DNA of 64,000 nt from Bacteroidota bacterium (GTDB taxonomy: Bacteria > Bacteroidota > Bacteroidia > NS11-12g > UBA9320): the NCBI GenBank assembly GCA_002746305.1, contig NVWV01000009.1, forward strand, positions 72,455 through 136,454, in the 5' to 3' direction. Positions 27,280 through 37,033 of this stretch are shown here, piece after piece. The position numbers were made by a program, and so were the translations under genes. The notes below the pieces were generated by a model. It was not told the DNA's origin, ran no database searches, and saw only the letters and a list, made by a program, of their open reading frames with translations. Position 1 is the stretch's first letter, and each line of letters opens with the position of its first letter.

Positions 27280-28290
27280 TTATCTGAACCTTCCCTTGCT
27301 AAAAATACGCACACCAGTATCCTTTCCCTTGCGTAACTCTCGTTGTTCCTCTTCTGGTAAAATTGCGATTTTTTGGCATTCAATAGAACAAGTACCATTA
27401 TACTTTTCAGCACATTTTTGGCATTGAATAAACAGTAAATTACACGCTTTATTTTTACAGTTGGTATGGTCGTCAAACGGTTCTCCACACTGATGACATT
27501 GAGCAATAACATCGTCCGAAATACGCTCATTTAGACGCTCATCGAAAACGAAATTCTTACCGATAAACTTGTTTCTTAATCCGTTTGTCTTTGCATCTCG
27601 AGCATACTTAATAATACCTCCTTCTAAATGATATACATCTTTGAAACCTTTATGTTTGAGATATGCACTTGCCTTCTCACAACGTATACCCCCAGTACAG
27701 TACATTACTACCGTTTTATCCTTTTGATCTTCGAGCTCATCAATAACCAATGGCAACTGCTCTCTAAAGGTATCTACATTTGGACACCAAGCTCCTTTAA
27801 AATGCCCAACTTCACTTTCGTAGTGATTTCGCATATCTATGAGTATGGTATTCTCTTTATCAGTTAGCTCATTGAACTCTTCAACCTTTAAGTACTCTCC
27901 GGGTTTTGAAACATCAAATAAATCATCCTCCAAACCATCTGCGACGATCTTATTACGCACCTTTATCGCTAGCTTAAAAAATGACTTCCCATCATCTTCT
28001 ACCGCAAAATTTAGACGTATATTTTCTAAGAATGTAATATCATCTAAGGCTGACTTATATTCCTCCAGATTACTTGTAGGAACACTCAACTGAGCATTTA
28101 TGCCTTCATTTGCGACATAAATTCTACCCAAGACTCCTATTGGATTCCAGTAATAAAAAATATGATCTCTAAACAATTGGGGATTGCCAATTTTGGCATA
28201 GGCATAAAACGAAATAGTAGTTCTTTCTTCATCACTACTTTTTATTTTTTCCTTTAACTCTTCCCCATTAATAGTATTATGCAATTTCAT
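27280..28290 (-). CDS. trhO: tRNA uridine(34) hydroxylase (rhodanese-domain YceA/TrhO family)
   Basis: LGRIYVANEGINAQ, IDMRNHYESEVGHF, MYCTGGIRCEKAS, HLEGGIIKY, FVFDER, NKACNLLFIQC; TATCTTTG box at 28315-28322 (-). Confidence 0.92.
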   Translation of the reverse strand: MKLHNTINGEELKEKIKSSDEERTTISFYAYAKIGNPQLFRDHIFYYWNPIGVLGRIYVANEGINAQLSVPTSNLEEYKSALDDITFLENIRLNFAVEDDGKSFFKLAIKVRNKIVADGLEDDLFDVSKPGEYLKVEEFNELTDKENTILIDMRNHYESEVGHFKGAWCPNVDTFREQLPLVIDELEDQKDKTVVMYCTGGIRCEKASAYLKHKGFKDVYHLEGGIIKYARDAKTNGLRNKFIGKNFVFDERLNERISDDVIAQCHQCGEPFDDHTNCKNKACNLLFIQCQKCAEKYNGTCSIECQKIAILPEEEQRELRKGKDTGVRIFSKGRFR

Positions 28291-28373
28291 GTTACACCCT
28301 TTTTAATGGTTTTGCAAAGATAACAAAGTGACTATTATAGGCTAACTTCGTCTAAACTATTGAAGTACATTTT

Positions 28374-29042
28374 ATGAAGAACATCACACTACTACTATTG
28401 TCTTTCCTTATTATTTCACCATCCATTTTTGCTCAAATCGGAAAAGTGAATGAAATCAGTGCTAAAATGAGTGAAGGAACGAATAGGGGATTTAAAGTTC
28501 TCATTCCTGAAACCAACAAAAAAGAAGTTTTAAAGGCTTGGAGTAGACTAATGAAAGACTACGAAGCCAAAACCGAAAAGGTTAAAAAATACGATGATTA
28601 TAGGAGTATGAATGCAAGTATCCCGTCTGTAAGTGATCGCCCAATTGTTGTTTATGCTATTTTTCAAGAAACACCAGAAGGTGTTTATCTAAAGTCATTC
28701 TTCGACCTGGGTGGAGCATATTTGAATAGGGATTTGCATAAGGAACAAGCAGCAGCAGCTCAAAAATTACTTAAGACATTTGCCACCTCAGTTGCTAAAG
28801 CAACTATAGAATCCAAAGTAAAACAAGAGACCAAGAAGTTAGAAAAGCTAGAAAAGGAGCAAAAAGGACTTGTAAAAAGTAAAGAAGGGTATGAAAAGGA
28901 CATAAAAAATGCTAAGGAAACCATTGAAAAGAGAGAAAAATCCATTACCGAAAATGCAACTAAACAAGCAGGTAAAATGAAAGAAATTGGCGAACAAAAG
29001 AAAGTGACCGAACAAATTAAAGCCAAACTGAAAAAATTTTAA
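28374..29042 (+). CDS. Exported hypothetical protein with C-terminal coiled coil
   Basis: Signal peptide; K/E-rich heptad C-terminus; followed by a terminator. Confidence 0.8.
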   Translation: MKNITLLLLSFLIISPSIFAQIGKVNEISAKMSEGTNRGFKVLIPETNKKEVLKAWSRLMKDYEAKTEKVKKYDDYRSMNASIPSVSDRPIVVYAIFQETPEGVYLKSFFDLGGAYLNRDLHKEQAAAAQKLLKTFATSVAKATIESKVKQETKKLEKLEKEQKGLVKSKEGYEKDIKNAKETIEKREKSITENATKQAGKMKEIGEQKKVTEQIKAKLKKF

Positions 29043-29059
29043 TTCCTATAGAATATAAA

Positions 29060-29100
29060 ATAGAAAAGCCCAATGTTTAATTTACATTGGGCTTTTCTAT
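29060..29100 (+). terminator. Hairpin/terminator after the 222-aa gene
   Basis: 17-bp stem ATAGAAAAGCCCAATGT / ACATTGGGCTTTTCTAT. Confidence 0.7.
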
Positions 29101-29113
29101 TTTACAGCAACAT

Positions 29114-31093
29114 ATGAAAAAGACAATCCTTATACTCTTAACCTTGATAATTGGGACTGGTGGATTCTTTATTTATCGACTTCTAAGTAATGAAACTGAA
29201 AGAGAAGAAGCTCTTAACTTAATTCCTTCTGATGCAATTTACATCCTACAAGCAGATGACCCAATCTCCAATTGGAGAGAATTTAGTCAAAGCTCATTTT
29301 GGAAATTCCTTAAACAGCATCCTTCACTTGCAGAAATTTCATCTGACGCAGAATTTTTAGACTCTCTAATCAATCAAAACAGTACGCTTTTTCGTCAGTT
29401 TGGAAAAAGAGACTTCTACATGTCGGCTCATTTAACAGGCCAAGACAACTATGATTTTCTTTTCTTAGTAGATCTTAGGAAGGCCAGTAGACTAGATCTT
29501 CTACCTATGATTCTTAAAATGATCACTAACAAAAACGATTATACCCTAACAGAAGATGAGTATAAAGGCTATAACGTAGTTGAAATGTATGATAAAGCAA
29601 ATCGAAGCCACTTATTTCTGACTCAAGTCAAGAACTTCCTTGTGTGCACGTACTCAGAAGATCTAATGCTAGATGCTATTGATCAACAACTGAATCAAGA
29701 ATATATTATCTCATCAAAATTTACAGAAGTAGAAAACCGAATTGATAATGATGGTCTTGCTCGACTTTATATTAACTATGCTTATATCGACAACTATATC
29801 AGGCTGTACACAGATATAAATTCTTCTACACTTTCAGCTTTGAGTTCATCCTTTTCCTACAGTGGTTTGGATATGATTCTGGATGAAAATGAAGCCATAT
29901 TAAAAGGCTATACATCCTTGCCCGATAGCATTGACCAATATAGCAAGTTACTTCAAGAGTATGGGAATGCAGAATTCAGTTTTGACGAAGTAATCAGTGC
30001 TCGAACTGCATATCTTCAAGCAATTGGCATCAATAAATTTAAGGAGTTCTACCATCGCGTATTGGAACTAAGAAGCAAAGAGTCTGAGAGTGTTGTAGAA
30101 TACAACGCAATGAAACAAAAAGTGGAGAAAGTTCTTGGTCTTTCTTTGGAAAAAGACATTCTATCATGGATCGGTAATGAGATAATTTTAGCTCAAAATG
30201 ATCCTAGTAAATTGCACCGAAACGAGGACGATCTGCTAGTCGCTATTAAAGCCTACAACATAGACTTTGCGAAAGAAAAATTACTCTTGATTCAAAAAGC
30301 TATCAAAAGAAGAACTCCCGCACGATTTAAAAAAATGAAGTACAAGACCAATGATATTTACTATTTAGATATTAAAGGATTCTTTGGTTTGTTCTTTGGG
30401 AAGGCTTTTGAAAAATTGACAAAACCTTACTATACCATAGTAGGTGATTATATTCTCTTTAGTAACAGCCCAAAAACATTAGTCTCTGCATTGGAAGATT
30501 ATGAAAACGGATATGTTCTAGCAAAATCTGAAAATTATATGAATGTAAAAAATAACCTTCCTGATGAATCTACGCTATTCACGTATATCAATGGGCCATT
30601 GACTTATCCTGTTCTTGGCACTACCATAAAAGCAAATGAACAAGCAGATTACACTAGGAACAAACCTTATATCACATTCTTTAAAGGTATTGGGATTTCT
30701 TATTCAGCACATGGGGATGGATTTCAAAATAGTATTTACCTTAATTTCAAGGAAGACGCAACGAAAGAACAAATTCCAAAAAATGAATCTAGTCATTTGG
30801 TTCAAGAGTATTTAGAAGATTACAGTGTATCACTTCGAAACTTAAGTGAAGCTGAAACCTTCGTCTTAAAAGAAATAAATGATGGCACCTTTGTAAAGTA
30901 CCATCATAATTCTGACGTAGTCCAACTTAAATCCGAAACACGAAATGGTCGTCTCCATGGAGATTTTCAAGAATTCTATAAAGATGGAACTATTCGAAGT
31001 GAGGGAAAGTACCGTAAGGGACGAAAAGTAGGTCGATGGAAATATTACAACAATGAAGGAGAGCTTACCGAAAAAAGTTGGGAAGGAATATAG
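29114..31093 (+). CDS. DUF3352-like membrane-anchored protein with C-terminal MORN-variant repeats
   Basis: N-terminal TM, LIPSDAIYIL, KPYYTIVGDYILFSNS; C-terminal LHGDFQEFYKDGTIRSEGKYRKGRKVGRWKYYNNEG. ATG 29114 preferred over TTG 29087, which lies in the hairpin. Confidence 0.75.
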   Translation: MKKTILILLTLIIGTGGFFIYRLLSNETEREEALNLIPSDAIYILQADDPISNWREFSQSSFWKFLKQHPSLAEISSDAEFLDSLINQNSTLFRQFGKRDFYMSAHLTGQDNYDFLFLVDLRKASRLDLLPMILKMITNKNDYTLTEDEYKGYNVVEMYDKANRSHLFLTQVKNFLVCTYSEDLMLDAIDQQLNQEYIISSKFTEVENRIDNDGLARLYINYAYIDNYIRLYTDINSSTLSALSSSFSYSGLDMILDENEAILKGYTSLPDSIDQYSKLLQEYGNAEFSFDEVISARTAYLQAIGINKFKEFYHRVLELRSKESESVVEYNAMKQKVEKVLGLSLEKDILSWIGNEIILAQNDPSKLHRNEDDLLVAIKAYNIDFAKEKLLLIQKAIKRRTPARFKKMKYKTNDIYYLDIKGFFGLFFGKAFEKLTKPYYTIVGDYILFSNSPKTLVSALEDYENGYVLAKSENYMNVKNNLPDESTLFTYINGPLTYPVLGTTIKANEQADYTRNKPYITFFKGIGISYSAHGDGFQNSIYLNFKEDATKEQIPKNESSHLVQEYLEDYSVSLRNLSEAETFVLKEINDGTFVKYHHNSDVVQLKSETRNGRLHGDFQEFYKDGTIRSEGKYRKGRKVGRWKYYNNEGELTEKSWEGI

Positions 31094-31147
31094 AAGAGTA
31101 TCCGTTCATCCATTTTTTGATACGTTTTGTATAAAAGGGGCATTTTC

Positions 31148-31176
31148 GGAATCAAAAACCTACTTTCACTCGTATA
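31148..31176 (+). promoter_or_regulatory. Candidate ECF-sigma promoter of msrAB
   Basis: GGAATC-N17-CGTATA, 7 nt before ATG 31184. Confidence 0.5.
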
Positions 31177-31183
31177 ATAAAAT

Positions 31184-32242
31184 ATGAAACCAATAGTCTA
31201 TATCATTTGTTTATTCTTTGTAGTGGCATGCAATGCACAAAACTCTAGTGATTCCAAATCAGAAATAACACGTAATACAGAAGTAAAATCAAAAACAATG
31301 ACCAAATTTAATGTCCTTACAGAAGGTGAAAGCAGGGTGATTTTAGGCAAGGGAACGGAGTCTCCTGGCACTAGTGAATTTACTGCTAGCGAAGAAAATG
31401 GAACATATGTATGTAAACAATGTAATCAAGCTCTTTATACTTCGGACAGCAAGTTTAATAGCCATTGTGGATGGCCAAGTTTTGATGATGAGATAGACAA
31501 CTCTGTTACGCGTGTTCAAGACGCAGATGGACGCAGGACTGAGATTGTTTGTTCCAATTGCAAAGGTCATCTTGGTCATGTTTTCGAAGGGGAAATGATG
31601 ACCAAGAAAAATATTCGTCACTGTGTCAATGGCATTTCAATGAATTTTATAGATGGAGGTAATGAGCTACCAGCTGTAATAAAAGAAGAGCAAAAAGATT
31701 TGAGCAAATTTGAGACAGCTACTTTTGGTGCAGGATGTTTTTGGTGTGTTGAAGTTCTCTTCCAAAAACTTAAAGGCGTAGAATCAGTAGAAAGTGGTTA
31801 CGCAGGGGGTAAACTAAAAAATCCAACTTACAAAATGGTATGCCAAGGCAATACTGGCTCTGTGGAAGTAACACAAATAGTATTTGACCCGAGTATTATC
31901 ACCTATGAAAAGTTGGCAGACATACTTTTTCACGTCCACGACCCTACTACTTTAAATCAGCAAGGTGCAGATAAAGGAACTCAATACAGGTCAGTTATTT
32001 TTTATCATAGCGAAGAGCAAAAAGCAAGTGCTGAAAAAGTGCTGAAGGAGATAGATGCTAGCAATCTTTGGAGTAATCCAATTATCACTGCAATTGAACC
32101 CATTAATAATTACAGTAAAGCCGAGGACTACCATCAGGATTATTACAACAATAACAAGAGTACAAATGGATACTGCAATGCTGTAATAGGACCCAAAGTG
32201 GCTAAGTTTCAGCTTAAATATAAGAATTTGATAAAGGAGTAA
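31184..32242 (+). CDS. msrAB: Bifunctional methionine sulfoxide reductase (MsrB-MsrA order) with lipoprotein-like signal
   Basis: MsrB CKQC, CGWPSF, CSNCKGHLGHVF, RHCVN; MsrA FGAGCFWC, GTQYRS, AEDYHQDYY; N-terminal FFVVAC. Confidence 0.93.
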   Translation: MKPIVYIICLFFVVACNAQNSSDSKSEITRNTEVKSKTMTKFNVLTEGESRVILGKGTESPGTSEFTASEENGTYVCKQCNQALYTSDSKFNSHCGWPSFDDEIDNSVTRVQDADGRRTEIVCSNCKGHLGHVFEGEMMTKKNIRHCVNGISMNFIDGGNELPAVIKEEQKDLSKFETATFGAGCFWCVEVLFQKLKGVESVESGYAGGKLKNPTYKMVCQGNTGSVEVTQIVFDPSIITYEKLADILFHVHDPTTLNQQGADKGTQYRSVIFYHSEEQKASAEKVLKEIDASNLWSNPIITAIEPINNYSKAEDYHQDYYNNNKSTNGYCNAVIGPKVAKFQLKYKNLIKE

Positions 32243-32271
32243 TTTCCTTTTGATTTTAATTGGTTAGTTAG

Positions 32272-32301
32272 AAAATCCTCTGCCATTGGCAGGGGATTTT
32301 T
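32272..32301 (+). terminator. Intrinsic terminator after msrAB
   Basis: AAAATCCTCTGCC-ATT-GGCAGGGGATTTTT. Confidence 0.8.
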
Positions 32302-32366
32302 ATATATACGAACCTTTACAAACTAGATTCAATACTATTTTAGAATGTATACATTTGTAAGGACTC

Positions 32367-33665
32367 GTGTACAAACTTGCTTCCATAGTACTTATTATCT
32401 TTAACCTGCTACTAACTCACTATTGTGTAGCTCAAACAGCCTGTGGACAGAGCCAATATATGGACCATCTGAAACAGACTCAACCTGAGACTTATTATCA
32501 CTTCATAGAAAACTATAAAAGATTAAGTACTGAATTTAGGCTCAAGAAAAAAGGGACCATAACAGATACTATTTACAGAATTCCAGTCTTTTTTAATATT
32601 CTCAGTAGGAATAATAGAACGGTAAACTTTACGAAGTTAGACACCATGTTGGCCGTCTTAAATAGAGGTTTCAATAGAGGAGATGACACGAGTATTGTAC
32701 GAGAACCTTTTGCAGATAACATTGCAAATGTTAGAATTGAATTTTACAGAGCACTTCTTGATATCAATGGAGATACCATAAAACGGCTTAGAGCTAAGAA
32801 CAGTTTTTATTACTATGAAGCTGACGACAAAATGAAATATGATGATATAGGCTTGTCGGCATATCATCCAGAAAAGTATCTGAATATTTGGGTTTGTAAC
32901 CTTACCAAATTATGGGGTTATGCAACTCCACCAGTCTACGCAGCTCACTGGCCAGAATCATATTACAAACCGCTTCATCTCCAAGGAATAGTTCTTGATT
33001 TTACCACCATCGTTACAGAATATTCAAACAATTTTGAAGAAAGGCGAAAAACCATCATTCACGAAGCTGGCCATTACCTAGGACTCAGACATACTTGGGG
33101 TGATGGGCATTTGGTTATTGCCGGAGATAGTAGCGAATGTTGGCGTGATGATGGCATTAAAGACACCCCATATACGATTACTCCAAGCAGAAAATGTGAC
33201 GACTCTAAAAACACTTGTATTGAAAAAGAAGGTCCAGACTACCCTGACCAGTATGAAAATTATATGGACTATACCAATCAAACTTGTGCTGTTATGTTTA
33301 CCAATGAGCAAAAAGACTTAATGCTCTATAACCTCACTAACCTAAGATCAACTATTTATGATACCGCTTATCGATACACCGAAATTCCAGAAGAATACAG
33401 CCCACATTATCAGACAGAAATAAAGGCATATCCCAATCCTGTTAAGGAAGACTTGCATTTAGAGTTTAGCAATATTTATCTAAATAGAACCGTGGGATTG
33501 GAAATATATTCAACTCAAGGCAAGAGCGTTTATCACGAAGTAATAGTCGCTAATTTCAGAAAAGTTATTTCTTTAAACTCTCTGTCTGCTGGTGTATACT
33601 ATCTTGAAATATCCGCAGATAATAATCTAATATTTAGACGAAAAATCGTTGTTTTAGGACCTTAA
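32367..33665 (+). CDS. M43 (pappalysin/ulilysin-like) zinc metalloprotease with T9SS CTD
   Basis: Pro-region CG, YLNIWV, HEAGHYLGLRH (HExxHxxGxxH), ENYMDY Met-turn, YPNPVK CTD. Confidence 0.9.
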   Translation: MYKLASIVLIIFNLLLTHYCVAQTACGQSQYMDHLKQTQPETYYHFIENYKRLSTEFRLKKKGTITDTIYRIPVFFNILSRNNRTVNFTKLDTMLAVLNRGFNRGDDTSIVREPFADNIANVRIEFYRALLDINGDTIKRLRAKNSFYYYEADDKMKYDDIGLSAYHPEKYLNIWVCNLTKLWGYATPPVYAAHWPESYYKPLHLQGIVLDFTTIVTEYSNNFEERRKTIIHEAGHYLGLRHTWGDGHLVIAGDSSECWRDDGIKDTPYTITPSRKCDDSKNTCIEKEGPDYPDQYENYMDYTNQTCAVMFTNEQKDLMLYNLTNLRSTIYDTAYRYTEIPEEYSPHYQTEIKAYPNPVKEDLHLEFSNIYLNRTVGLEIYSTQGKSVYHEVIVANFRKVISLNSLSAGVYYLEISADNNLIFRRKIVVLGP

Positions 33666-33781
33666 GAATTAGCGTATTTGGCCATACAAACAAAAAGAAC
33701 TCAGAAGGCCGTACGTACTCCCATAAATACAACAGTAAAAATGTGCTCCATGTATTTTACTTATCTTCGTAAAACCAGTAT

Positions 33782-36151
33782 ATGCGAAAGATTTTAGGGC
33801 TCATAACATTACTCATTGGATTGTTTTTTGTTTATGTATTAAACACCCAGCAAAAAATAGGTGACAAACCAATTCCTCCACTTGGTAAACTTCTAAACCC
33901 ATATAGCGGAGTGTGGCAAAATTCGGAAGATTCATCGGACTATGAGGATTTCAACCTCAAATGCACTCACGTAAAAGAAGAAGTTAAAATCATTTTTGAC
34001 GATAGGATGGTTCCTCATATATACGCCCAAAATCTTCAAGATGCGATGTTTGCACAAGGATATGTGGAAGCCTATCACCGTCTATTTCAAATGGATATTT
34101 CTACTCGATCTCCTGATGGCAGGTTATCCGAAATTTTGGGAGAAAACCTACTGGACTATGATAAAAAGCAAAGGCGATTGGGTTTAAGTTATGCGGCGGA
34201 CAATGCGGTAAAAGGATGGAATAAATTTCCTGAAGAATTAAAAAATGTGGACGCATACTCTGCAGGTGTTAATCACTTTATTTCTAACCTAAAGCCCAAA
34301 GATTACCCAATGGAATACAAGCTTTTGGACTTTGAACCTTCAGAATGGACCAACCGACATTGTGCCCTCCTACTAAAGGCGATGACTCAAACTTTAGCAG
34401 GTTACGAAGAAGACATCGAAATGAGTAACGCATTAAAGCTTTTCGGAGAAGAGGATTTCCAAATCATATATCCGGACCGAAATCCAAAAGACATCCCTGT
34501 AATACAAGGCTCATATCCAAAAAACTCCACTTTAACTAGTGACCAAATAATTCCAAACTCCTTTATAAGCTCAATCCAAAGACCTAGATCTCCAGAAGGT
34601 GTTGGAAGTAATAATTGGGCCATCAGTGGGAGAAAAAGTGCAACTGGCAAACCCATATTAGCCAACGACCCACATCTTAGCTTAAGTCTTCCTTCCGTTT
34701 GGTATGAAATAGCAATTACAACTCCCAATTTTTCTGCTCAAGGAGTGACCTTACTCGGCATGCCAGGCATTATGATTGGATTCAATGAGAATATTGCTTG
34801 GGGAGAAACGAATGTTGGTCATGACGTCATGGACTATCATACTATTAAATGGGCTAATCAAGAAAAAACAAAGTATTACCTCGACAGTAATTTGGTAGAG
34901 GCAAAGCTTAAAATAGAATCCTACGAAGTCAAAGGGTTAGGTACTGTTTACGACACTGTACGCTATACCTATTGGGGACCAATTGTAGAAGATGAATCCA
35001 ACCTAGCTCTCAGATGGATAGCACATGACCCATCTCCTACTCCGGACTTCATGACGTTCATCAACGGAATGACATGTGAAAATTACGATGAGTATTTAGC
35101 TGCCACTGCAACGTTTCATGCCCCAGCACAGAACTTCATCTACGCTGACAATAAAGGAGAAATAGGACTTCGAATAAATGGAAATCTTCCAATTAAGGAT
35201 TATAAACAAGGTGTAGGAATAAGCAGTGGGGATTCTAAAGCTAACGGCTGGAAAGGAATTATACCAAGAGACAAAACTCCCCAAGACAGAAATCCAGAAA
35301 GAGGATTCGTGACAAGCTGTAATCAATATAGTGCTGGACCTGACTATCCCTATTATTACAACGGAAATTTTGAGCCATACAGAGGAAGAATGGCTAACCG
35401 TCTTTTAGAAGCAAAAGACACACTTGACATAGATTATTTCAAGGCAATGCAAAACAGCACATATAGCATCCTAGCAGAGGAAGCTCTAGGTGTAATGCTT
35501 CCTCTGCTAGATTCACTCTCCATAGCTCACCCTCATGCTAAGGGACTTCTCCAGTGGGATAGGAATTACACAGCCAATTCTACAGATGCAGTTCGATTTG
35601 ATCGCTGGTTTAAACACTTTCACGAAATGTTATGGGACGAGGTTTATACAGATAAAACAGGCATTTCGCTTCCTGAACCAGATATGTGGGTTACGGTTAA
35701 TATGATCCAACTGAATGCTTCTAACAAATTCTATGATGTCCTTTCTACCCCTGAAGTAGAAAACCTGTCCTACTTAGTAAACCGATCATTTAAATATATG
35801 CTAGACCCAGACCCGGCACCATTAAGTCAGGTAAAGAATGCCCAAATTCTGCATCTTACTAGATTACCTGCATTTTCAGAAACTGATCTTGCTTTAGGTG
35901 GAACTAAATATAGCCTCAATGCAATGCAACAAACCTTTGGCCCAAGTTGGAGAATGATCGTTGCACTAGGAGACACTCCAGAAGCCTATGGAACTTATCC
36001 CGGAGGACAAAGCGGAAATCCGGCTAGCCCATTCTATAAAAATAGAATAAGCACATGGGCAAACGGAGAATATGATAGACTGGTTCTAGCTCCGAAAGCA
36101 AAAGACATATCAAAATCACTATTTACAGTAACTATTAACCATGAAGAATAG
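33782..36151 (+). CDS. Penicillin acylase family Ntn-hydrolase (peptidase S45)
   Basis: DDRMVPHIYA, AQGYVEAYHRLFQMD, GVG-SNNWAISG, LANDPHL, QNFIYAD, PGGQSGNP. Confidence 0.92.
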   Translation: MRKILGLITLLIGLFFVYVLNTQQKIGDKPIPPLGKLLNPYSGVWQNSEDSSDYEDFNLKCTHVKEEVKIIFDDRMVPHIYAQNLQDAMFAQGYVEAYHRLFQMDISTRSPDGRLSEILGENLLDYDKKQRRLGLSYAADNAVKGWNKFPEELKNVDAYSAGVNHFISNLKPKDYPMEYKLLDFEPSEWTNRHCALLLKAMTQTLAGYEEDIEMSNALKLFGEEDFQIIYPDRNPKDIPVIQGSYPKNSTLTSDQIIPNSFISSIQRPRSPEGVGSNNWAISGRKSATGKPILANDPHLSLSLPSVWYEIAITTPNFSAQGVTLLGMPGIMIGFNENIAWGETNVGHDVMDYHTIKWANQEKTKYYLDSNLVEAKLKIESYEVKGLGTVYDTVRYTYWGPIVEDESNLALRWIAHDPSPTPDFMTFINGMTCENYDEYLAATATFHAPAQNFIYADNKGEIGLRINGNLPIKDYKQGVGISSGDSKANGWKGIIPRDKTPQDRNPERGFVTSCNQYSAGPDYPYYYNGNFEPYRGRMANRLLEAKDTLDIDYFKAMQNSTYSILAEEALGVMLPLLDSLSIAHPHAKGLLQWDRNYTANSTDAVRFDRWFKHFHEMLWDEVYTDKTGISLPEPDMWVTVNMIQLNASNKFYDVLSTPEVENLSYLVNRSFKYMLDPDPAPLSQVKNAQILHLTRLPAFSETDLALGGTKYSLNAMQQTFGPSWRMIVALGDTPEAYGTYPGGQSGNPASPFYKNRISTWANGEYDRLVLAPKAKDISKSLFTVTINHEE

Positions 36152-36488
36152 CATACTATTTCTATTATTAGTAGTCTTGACGATTACCCTCTCACTATTC
36201 CTTCCTTGGTGGATAATAGCTCCTCTTTCCATTGCTGCCACCTATTTTAGCAAAAGCAAACCTTTAAGTTCATTCTTCCTTCCATTTAGTGCGATATTCT
36301 TAGCTTGGCTTCTGAGTATCTACTTCAATAACTCAGGTACAATAAGTGAATTAATGGGAAAACTATTTGAAATTGATGGATTCATTATTCCATTTATTGC
36401 TTCAGCATTAGGAGGTCTAGTAGCTGGTTTCTTTGGATTAGCAGGTTCACTGTTTTCTTCTCCAAAGAAAAACTGGGTTAATGGATAA
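36141..36488 (+). CDS. Small multi-pass membrane protein
   Basis: Hydrophobic 115 aa, LPWW motif; start overlaps the acylase stop (coupled). Confidence 0.75.
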   Translation: MKNSILFLLLVVLTITLSLFLPWWIIAPLSIAATYFSKSKPLSSFFLPFSAIFLAWLLSIYFNNSGTISELMGKLFEIDGFIIPFIASALGGLVAGFFGLAGSLFSSPKKNWVNG

Positions 36489-36524
36489 GGATTATATGTA
36501 TTTATCTGCGGACCACTGACAACC

Positions 36525-36974
36525 TTATTTGGTATGCCCATTATCCAAGGTTTTACTCATCTCTAAGTGTGGTATCCCATCTTCATTAAAATAGTCTCCA
36601 AATCCTAAATATCCATTTCTTAAGTAAAAATTTACAGCACTATCTCTAGCATGGCAATAGATGGTGGTGTAACCTTTCTTCATGGCTAAAGTTTCACAAA
36701 ACACCATCATTCTTGACCCTATACCTAAGTTCCTCTGCTTATCTAAAACTACAACCCTTTGCATTTTCATTGATACTTCTTCAGGTACCAGAACTGCAGT
36801 TGCAACTAGTTTATTTTTGACTTGGCCAATTACTTGATAGTGATTTTTTTCTTCTTCCAGTTCTTTAGCCGTAAATTTTTCACCTAATGGTTCACGAAGT
36901 ATTTCTTCTCGAAGCTTCACGGCTTCCTCCCAGGCTTTGCTAGAATGAGAAACAGTCCTAAACTCAATTTCCAT
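36525..36974 (-). CDS. GNAT family N-acetyltransferase (ElaA/YjcF-like)
   Basis: LREEILREPLG, MQRVVV...RNLGIGSRMM, HARDSAVNFYLRNGY, EDGIPHLEM; TACTTTTG at 36997-37004 (-). Confidence 0.9.
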   Translation of the reverse strand: MEIEFRTVSHSSKAWEEAVKLREEILREPLGEKFTAKELEEEKNHYQVIGQVKNKLVATAVLVPEEVSMKMQRVVVLDKQRNLGIGSRMMVFCETLAMKKGYTTIYCHARDSAVNFYLRNGYLGFGDYFNEDGIPHLEMSKTLDNGHTK

Positions 36975-37033
36975 TTTATTCTTTAACTTTATATCTCAAA
37001 AGTAGAAAAATTGGCTACCAATGCAACTTACAG

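Noticed and set aside
30900-31093. YwqK-type toxin-antitoxin system
   Set aside because: The MORN-variant repeats are fused to a large membrane protein and no toxin gene is adjacent.
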